Source of the DNA: the human T2T-CHM13v2.0 reference genome, Homo sapiens
Assembly (NCBI RefSeq): GCF_009914755.1
Contig: NC_060928.1
Direction: 5' to 3' (one strand)
Length of the DNA stretch: 64,000 nucleotides
Each line of letters begins with the position of its first letter. The first letter of the stretch is position 1. Below the pieces are notes generated by a model that was given only the letters and a program-made list of their open reading frames with translations, had not been told where the DNA came from and did not search any database. Position numbers and translations under genes: made by a program. Of this stretch, positions 57,149-64,000 are shown piece by piece.

Positions 57149-60100
57149 TCAGCTCTCACTTATGAGTGAGAAAATGCAGTGTTTGGTTTTCTGTACCTGA
57201 GTTAGTTTGCTGAGAATGATGGTTTCCAGCTTCATCCATGTCCCTGCAGAGGACATGAACCTTTTGTATGGCTGCATAGTATTCCATGGTGTATATGTGC
57301 CACATTTTCTTTATCCAGTCTATCCCTGATGGGCATTTGGGTTGGTTCCAAGTCTTTGCTATTGTGAATAGTGCTGCAATAAACATATGTGTTCATTTGT
57401 CTTTACAGTAGAATAATTTACATACCCAGTAACGGGATTGCTGGGTCAAATGGTATTTCTGGTTCTAGATCCTTGAGGAATCACCACACTGTCTTCCACA
57501 ATGGTTGAACTAATTTACACTCCCACTAACAGTGTAAAAGCATTCCTATTTCTCCACATCCTCTCCAGCATCTGTTGTTTCCTGACTTTTTAATGATCGC
57601 CATTCTAACTGGCGTGAGATGGTATCTCATTGTGGTTTTGACTTGCATTTCTCTAATGACCAATGATGATTAGCTTTTTTTCAAATGTTTGTTGGCTGCA
57701 TAAATGTCTTCTTTTGAGAAGTGTCTGTTCATGCCCACTTTTTGCTGGAGTTGTTTGTTGTTTTTTTTTTCTTCTACATTTGTTTCAGTTCCCTGTAGAT
57801 TCTGGACAATAGCCCTCTGTCAAATGGATAGATTGCAAAAATTTTCTCCCATTCTGTAGGTTGCCTGTTCGTTCTGATGACAGTTTCTTTTGCTGTGCAG
57901 AAGCTCTTTAGTTTAATTAGATCCCATTTGTCAATTTTGGCCTTTGTTGCCCTTGCTTTTGGTGTTTTAGTCATGAAGTCCTTGCCCATGCCTATGTCCT
58001 GAATGGTATTGCCTAGGTTTTCTTCTAGGGTTTTTATGGTTTTAGGTCTTGTGTTTAAGTCTTTAATCCATCTTGAGTTAATTTTTGTATAAGGTGTAAG
58101 GAAGGGGTCCAGTTGCAGTTTTTTGTGTATGGCTAGTCTGTTTTCCCAACACCATTTATTAAATAGGGAATCCTTTCCCCCATTGCTTGTTTTAGTCAGG
58201 TTTGTCAAAGATCAGATGGTTGTAGATGTGTGGCATTATTTCTGAGGCCTCTGTTCTGTTCTATTGGTCTATATATCTTTTTTGGTACGAGTACCATGCT
58301 GTTTTGGTTACTGTAGCCTTGCAGTATAGTTTGAAGTCAGGTAGCGTGATGCCTTCAACTTTGTTCTTTTTGTTTAGGATTGTCTTGGCTATATGGGCTC
58401 TTTTTTGGCTCCATATAAAATTTAAAGTAGTTTTTTCTAATTCTATGAAGAAAGTCAATGGTGGCTTGATGGGGATAGTGTTGAATCTATAAATTACTTT
58501 GGCCAGTATGGCCATTTTCACGATGTTGATTCTTCCTATCCATGAGCATGAAATGTTTTTCCATTTGTTTGTGTCCTCTTATTTCCTCAAGCAGTGGTTT
58601 GTAGTTCTCCTTGAAGAGGTCCTTCACAACCCTTGTAAGTTGTATCCCTAGGTATTTTATTCTCTTTGTAGCAATTATGAATGGAAGTTCACTCATGATG
58701 TGGCTCTGTTTGTCTATTATTGGTATATAGGAATGCTTGTGATTTTTGAACACTGATTTTGTATCCTGAGACTTTGCTGAATTTGCTTATCAGCTTCAGG
58801 AGATTTTGGGCTGAAACGATGGGGTTTTCTAAATATACAATCATGTCATCTGCAAACAGAGAAAATTTGACTTCCTCTCTTTCTATTTGAATAGGCTTTA
58901 TTTCTTTCTCCTGCCTGATTGCTCTGGCCAGAACTTCCAACAATATGTTGAATAGGAGTGGTGAGAGAGGGCATCCTTGTCTTGTGCTGGGTTTCAAAGG
59001 TAATGCTTCCAGCTTTTGCCCATTCAGTATCATACTGGCTGTGGGTTTGTCAGAAATAGCTGTTATTATTTTGAGATATGTTCCATCAATACATAGTTTA
59101 TTGAGAGTTTTTAGCATGGAGGGTTGTTGAATTTTATCAAAGGCCTTTTCTGCATCTATTCAGATAATCATGTGTTTTTTTTTTTCATTGGTTCTGTTTA
59201 TGTCATGGATTACATTTATTGATTTGCATATGTTCAACCAGCCTTGTATCCCAGGGATGAGGCCTGCTTGATCATCGTGGATAAGCTTTTTGATGTGCTG
59301 CTGGATTCGGTTTGCCAGTATTTTACTGAGGATTTTCACAGCAATGTTCATCAGGGATATTGGCCTGAAATTTTCCTTTCTTTTGTGTCTCTGCCAGGTT
59401 TTGGTATTAGGATGATGCTGGCCTCATAAAGTGAGTTAGGGAGGAGTCCCTCTTTTTCTATTGTTTGGAATAGTTTCAGAAGGAATGGTACCAGCTCCTC
59501 TTTGTACCTCTGATAGAATTTGGCTGTGAATCCATCTGGTCCTGGGCTTTTTGTGGTTGGTAGGCTATTAATTACTGCCTCAATTTCATAACTTGTTATT
59601 CGTCCATTCAGGGATTCAATTTTTTCTTGGTTTAGTCTTGGGAGGGTGTATCTGTCCAGGAATTTACACATTTCTTCTAGATTTTCTAGTTTATTTGTGT
59701 AGAGGTGTTTATAGCATTCTCTGATGGTAGTTTGTATTTCTGTGGGATCAGTGGTGATATCCCCTTTATCATTTTTTATTGTGTTTATTTGATTCTCCTC
59801 TCTTTTCTTCTTTATTAGTCTGGTTAGCCGTCTATTTTGTTAATCTTTTCAAAAAATCACCTCCTGGATTCATTGATTTTTTGAGGGGTTTTTCATGTCT
59901 CTATCTCCTTCAGTTCTGCTCTGATCTTAGTTATTTCTTGTCTTCTGCTAGCCTTTGAATTTGTTTGCTCTTGCTTCTCTAGTTCTTTTAATTGTGATTT
60001 TAGGATGTTGATTTTAGATCTTTCCCGCTTTCTTCTATGGGCATGTAGTATATAAATTTCCATCTAAACACTGGCTTAACTGTGTCCCAGAGATTCCGGC

Positions 60101-60950
60101 ACATTGTGTCTTTGTTCTCATTGGTTTCAAAGAACTTATTTATTTCTGCCTTGATTTCGTTATTTACCCAGTAGTCACTCAGGAGCAGGTTGTTCAGTTT
60201 CCATGTAGTTGTGAGATTTTGAGTGAGTTTCTCAATCCTGGGTTCTAATTTAATTGCACTGTGGTCTGAGAGACTGTTTGTTATGATTTCCATTCTTTTG
60301 CATTTGCTGAGGAGTGTTATACTTCCAATTATGTGGTCAATTTTATAATAAGTGTGATGTGTTGCTGAGAAGAGTGTATATTCTGTTGATCTGGGATGGA
60401 GAGTTCTGTAGATGTCTATTAGGTCTGCTTGGTCCAGAGCTGAGTTCAAGTCTTTACTATCCTTGTTAATTTTCTGTCTTGTTGATCTGTCTAATATTGA
60501 CACTGGGGTGTTAAAATCTCCCATTGTTACTGTGTGGGAGTCTAAGTCTCTTTGTAAGTCTCTAAGAACTTGCTTTATGAATGTGGGTGCTCCTGCATTA
60601 GGTGCATGTATATTTAGGAGAGTTAGCTCTTCTTGTTGTGTTGATCTCTTTACCATTATGTAATGTCCTTCTTTGTCTTTTTTGATCTTTGTTGGTTTAA
60701 AGCCTGTTTTATCAGACACTAGGATTGAAACCCCTGCTTTTTTTTGCTTTCCATTTGCTTGGTAAATATTCCTCCATCCCTTTATTTTAAGCCTATGTGT
60801 GTCTTTGCACGTGAGGTGGGTCTTCTGAATTCAGCACACTGATGGGTCTTGACTCTTTATCCAATTTGCTAGTCAGTGTCTTTCAATTGGGGCATTTAGC
60901 CCATTTACATTTAAGGTTAATATAGTTATGTGTCAATTTGATCCTGTCAT
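57149..60950 (-). pseudogene. L1 ORF2 (endonuclease/reverse transcriptase), fragmented by stops and frameshifts
   Basis: Track fragments: EN (MGDFNTP, KIDHIIG), RT ([22 protein letters not shown]), C-terminus (TWNQPKCPS). Start ATGACAGGATCA at 60950. Confidence 0.93.
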
Positions 60951-61013
60951 TATTATGTTAGCTGGTTATTTTGCCTGTTAGTTGATGCAGTTTCTTCATA
61001 ATGTCGATGGTCT

Positions 61014-62041
61014 TTACAATTTGGTATGTTTTTGCAGTGACTGGTACCAGTTTTTCCTTTCCATATTTAGTGCTTCCTTCAGGAGTTCTTGTAAGGCAGG
61101 CCTTGTGGTGACAAAATCTCTCAGCATTTGCTTGTCTGTAAAGGATTTTATTTCTTCTTCACTTATGAAGCTTAGTTTGGCTGGACAAGAAATTCTGGGT
61201 TGAAAATTCTTTTCTTTAAGAATGTTGAATATTGGCCCCCACTCTCTTCTGGCTTGTAGGGTTTCTGCAGAGAGATCCACTGTTAGTCTGATGGGCTTCC
61301 CTTTGTGGGTAACCCGACCTTGCTCTCTTGGCTGCTCTTATCATTTTTTTCTTTCATTTCAACCTTGGTGAATCTGACGATTATGTGTCTTGTGGTTGAC
61401 CTTCTCGAGGTGAATCTTTGTTGTGTTCTCTGTATTTCCTGAATTTGAATGTTGGTCTGTCTTGCTAGGCTGGGGAAGTTCTCCTGGATAATATCCTGAA
61501 GAGTGTTTTCCAACTTGGTTCCATTCTCTCTGTCACTTTCAGGTACACCAATCAAATGTAGGTTTGGTCTTTTCACATAGACCCATATTTCTTGGAGGCT
61601 CTGTTCATTTCTTTTCATTCTTTTTTCTCTAATCTTGTCTTCTCACTTTATTTCATTAAGTTGATTTTCAATCTCTGATATCCTTTCTTCTGCTTGATCA
61701 ATTCCGTTATTGATACTTTCGTATGCTTCATGAAGTTCTTGTGCTGTGTTTTTCAGCTCCATCAGGTTATTTTTGTTCTTGTCTAAAAGGGTTATTCTAG
61801 TTAGCAATTCCTCTAACCTTTTTTCAAGGTTCTTAGCTTCCTTGAATTGGGCTAGAACATGCTCCTTTAGCTTGGAGGAGTTTGTTATTACCCACCGTCT
61901 GAAGGCTACTTCTGCCAATTCATCAAACTCATTCTCTATCCAGTTTTGTTCCCTTGCTGGTGAGGAGTTGTGATCCTTCAAAGGAGAAGAGGCATTCTGG
62001 TTTTGGGAATTTTCAGGCTTTTTGCAATGGTTTTTCCTCAT
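61014..62041 (-). pseudogene. L1 ORF1 (RNA-binding protein), split into three frames
   Basis: MRKNHCKKPENSQNQNASSP..., NEQSLQEIWVYVKRPNL..., DLSAETLQARREWGPIFNILKEKNFQPRIS. Confidence 0.93.
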
Positions 62042-62749
62042 CTTTGAGGATTTATCTACCTTTGGTCTTTGGTATTGGTAACCTTCAGATGGGGTTTCTG
62101 TGGGTTTTTGTTGATGTTGATGCTATTCCTTTCTGTTTGTTAGTTTTCCTTCTAACAATCAGGCCCCTCTGCTGTAGGTCTGCTGGAGTTCGCTGGGGGT
62201 CCACTCCAGATCCTGTTTGCCTGGGTATCACCAGCAGAAGGGGCAGAACACCAAAGATTGCTTCCTGTTCCTTCCTCTGGAAGCTTCTTCCCAGAAGGGC
62301 ACTTGCCAGTTGCCACTCAGAGCTCCAACAGACCTGCCAGCAGTGTCTGTCAACCCCTGCTGGGAAGTGTCTCTCAGTCAAGAGGCACGGGGGTCAGGGA
62401 CCCACTTGAGGAGGCAGTCTGTCCCTTGGCAGAGCTCAAGCGCTGTGCTGGGAGATCCATTGCTCTCTTCAGAGCCAGCAGGCAGGAACGTTTAAGTCTG
62501 CTGAAGCTGTGCCCACAGCCACCCCTTCCCCAACATGCTCTGTCCCAGGGAGATGGGAGTTATATGTACAAGCCCCTGGCTGGGGCTGCTGCCTTTCTTT
62601 CAGAGATGTCCTGCCCAGAGAGAAGGAATCTAGAGAGGCAGTCTAGCTACAGTGGCTTTGCCAAGCTGCAGTGGGCTCGGCCCAGTTTGAACTTCCCCCA
62701 GGACTTTGTTTACACTCTGAGGGGAAAACTGCCTACTCAAGCCTCAGTA

Positions 62750-62968
62750 ATGGTGGACGCCCCTCCCCCCACTAAGCTCGTGCATCCCAGGTTGACTTCA
62801 GACTGCTGTCCTGGCAGCAAGAATTTCAAGCCAGTGGATCTTAGCTTGCTGAGCTCCGTGGGAGTGGGATCCACTGAGCTAGACCACTTGGCTATCTGGC
62901 TTCAGCCCTCTTTCCCGGGGAATGAATGGTTCTGCCTCACTGGCGTTCCAGGCGCCACTGGGGTATGA
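62750..62968 (+). CDS. L1 ORF0-like antisense ORF (72 aa) in the L1 5'UTR; expression unknown
   Basis: gtaATGg start; MVDAPPPTKLVHPRLTSDCC...SVGVGSTE aligns with primate L1 ORF0 (MAGAPPPASLPPCSLISDCC...SVGVGPSE); open to TGA at 62966-62968. Confidence 0.45.
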   Translation: MVDAPPPTKLVHPRLTSDCCPGSKNFKPVDLSLLSSVGVGSTELDHLAIWLQPSFPGNEWFCLTGVPGATGV

Positions 62969-62995
62969 AAAAAAAAAAAAAAAAAAAAAACCCCT

Positions 62996-63077
62996 AGTGA
63001 GCCGAGATCGTGCCATTGCACTCCAGCCTGGGAAACAGGGCAAACTCCATCTATAAAAAACAAACAAACAAACAAAC
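62996..63077 (+). mobile_element. Severely 5'-truncated Alu (last ~58 bp plus tail) inside the L1 5'UTR
   Basis: agtgagccgagatcgtgccattgcactccagcctggg...; tail A6(CAAA)n; TSD A(n)CCCCT ending 62995 / A(n)CTCCT ending 63090. Confidence 0.9.
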
Positions 63078-63490
63078 AAAAAAAACTCCTGCAGCTAGCT
63101 CAGTGTCTGCCCAAACGGCTGCCCAGTTTTGTGCTTGAAACCCAGGGCCCTGATGTTGTAGGCACCCCAGGGAATCTCCTGGCCTGTGGGTTGTGAAGAC
63201 CATGAGAAAAGCCTAATACCTAGGCCGGAATGCACAGTTCCTCACAGCACAGTCCCTCAAGGCTTCCCTTGGCTACGGGAGGGAGTTCCCTTACCACTTA
63301 CACTTCCCAGGTTAGGTGACGCCCCACCCTGCTTCTGCTTGCCCTCCGTGTGCTGCACCCTTTGTCTAACCAGTCCCAGTGAGATGAGCCAGGCACCTCA
63401 GTTGGAAATGCAGAAATCACCCGCCTTCTGCGTTGATCTCGCTAGGAGCTGCAGACCAGAGCTCTTCCTATTCGGCCATCTTTGTACCAC

Positions 63491-63554
63491 ATAAACTCCG
63501 TTTTAAATGTACATATATCCTATTGGTTCCATCCCTCTGCAGCACCCTAATACA
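63491..63554 (+). mobile_element. MLT2 LTR 3' end
   Basis: atatatcctattggttccatccctctg...accctaataca. Confidence 0.85.
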
Positions 63555-64000
63555 GTATCTGAAAACAAAAAGAATCAAGACTTCAAACAGAAACAATGCA
63601 GAGCTTGGTGAGAAAAGTTTGTCCCTGCTCCACACAGAGGCAGCCAGGATAGCTCCACTGGAGCTCACATGATATACAGCCCAGATGGGCATGGGCATGA
63701 AGTGTCCAGTGCCATAGCTCCATAGTCTCTGTATGCCAGGCCTCACATGACTGTTCCTTGTGTTCTGCCTCAAGCCCACACTAAATTTCTAATGTGACTT
63801 TAGTCATGCATGCTGTTTCACAAACTTGCTGTCAGCCCCTAAGAATAACAGAAAATCATCAAAATTAAAGAGAGACTAGAGGGCACAGAACAGGTATAGA
63901 GCCCTAGCCTGAAGGGACTCCACTCTCCCCAAGGCTGAAGGCTAGAGAGTGGCAGAGGATTTGAAAAGCATTCGTTTTCAAATGGTTTCCCTACGCTGAG

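Larger units (their letters stand above)
56938..63490 (-). mobile_element. Full-length L1PA7-like LINE-1 (inactive)
   Basis: 5'UTR start aagatggccgaataggaa at ~63482, then ORF1, ORF2, 3'UTR and short tail; TSD ataaactccctttt 56924-56937 / ataaactccgtttt 63491-63504. Confidence 0.96.

Noticed and set aside
56561-57169. 202-aa ORF
   Set aside because: Runs from the MLT2 LTR into the antisense L1 3'UTR with a non-ATG start; a chimeric chance frame.

Overview
Primate genomic DNA, most likely human or African great ape: it carries a hominoid-specific SVA, AluY copies and an L1PA7-like element. It reads as AT-rich intronic or intergenic sequence dominated by transposable elements. I recognise no host protein-coding exon. 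The long ORFs in the track are decayed L1 ORF1/ORF2 pieces, SVA VNTR or Alu read-throughs, or chance frames. Main landmarks: a 5'-truncated L1MA-type element in a MIR (6.6-8.9 kb), a full-length short-VNTR SVA (16.1-17.5 kb), a decayed ancient RTE/L4-like endonuclease remnant (18.2-19.0 kb), a multi-level L1/MSTA/Alu nest (29.0-31.4 kb), a HAL1-like element (53.9-55.8 kb), and a full-length L1PA7-like element inside an MLT2 LTR (56.9-63.5 kb). I found no convincing new biological system. The best leads are an SVA whose target-site duplication splits a consensus 5' splice site, an intact ORF0-like antisense ORF in the old L1 5'UTR with an Alu fragment right after its stop, an old ~110-bp local duplication centred on an AG|GT motif, and a motif-dense unique region at 2-4.3 kb. 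Subfamily names come from remembered consensus sequences by eye, not from a database search, and boundaries of old repeats are approximate.
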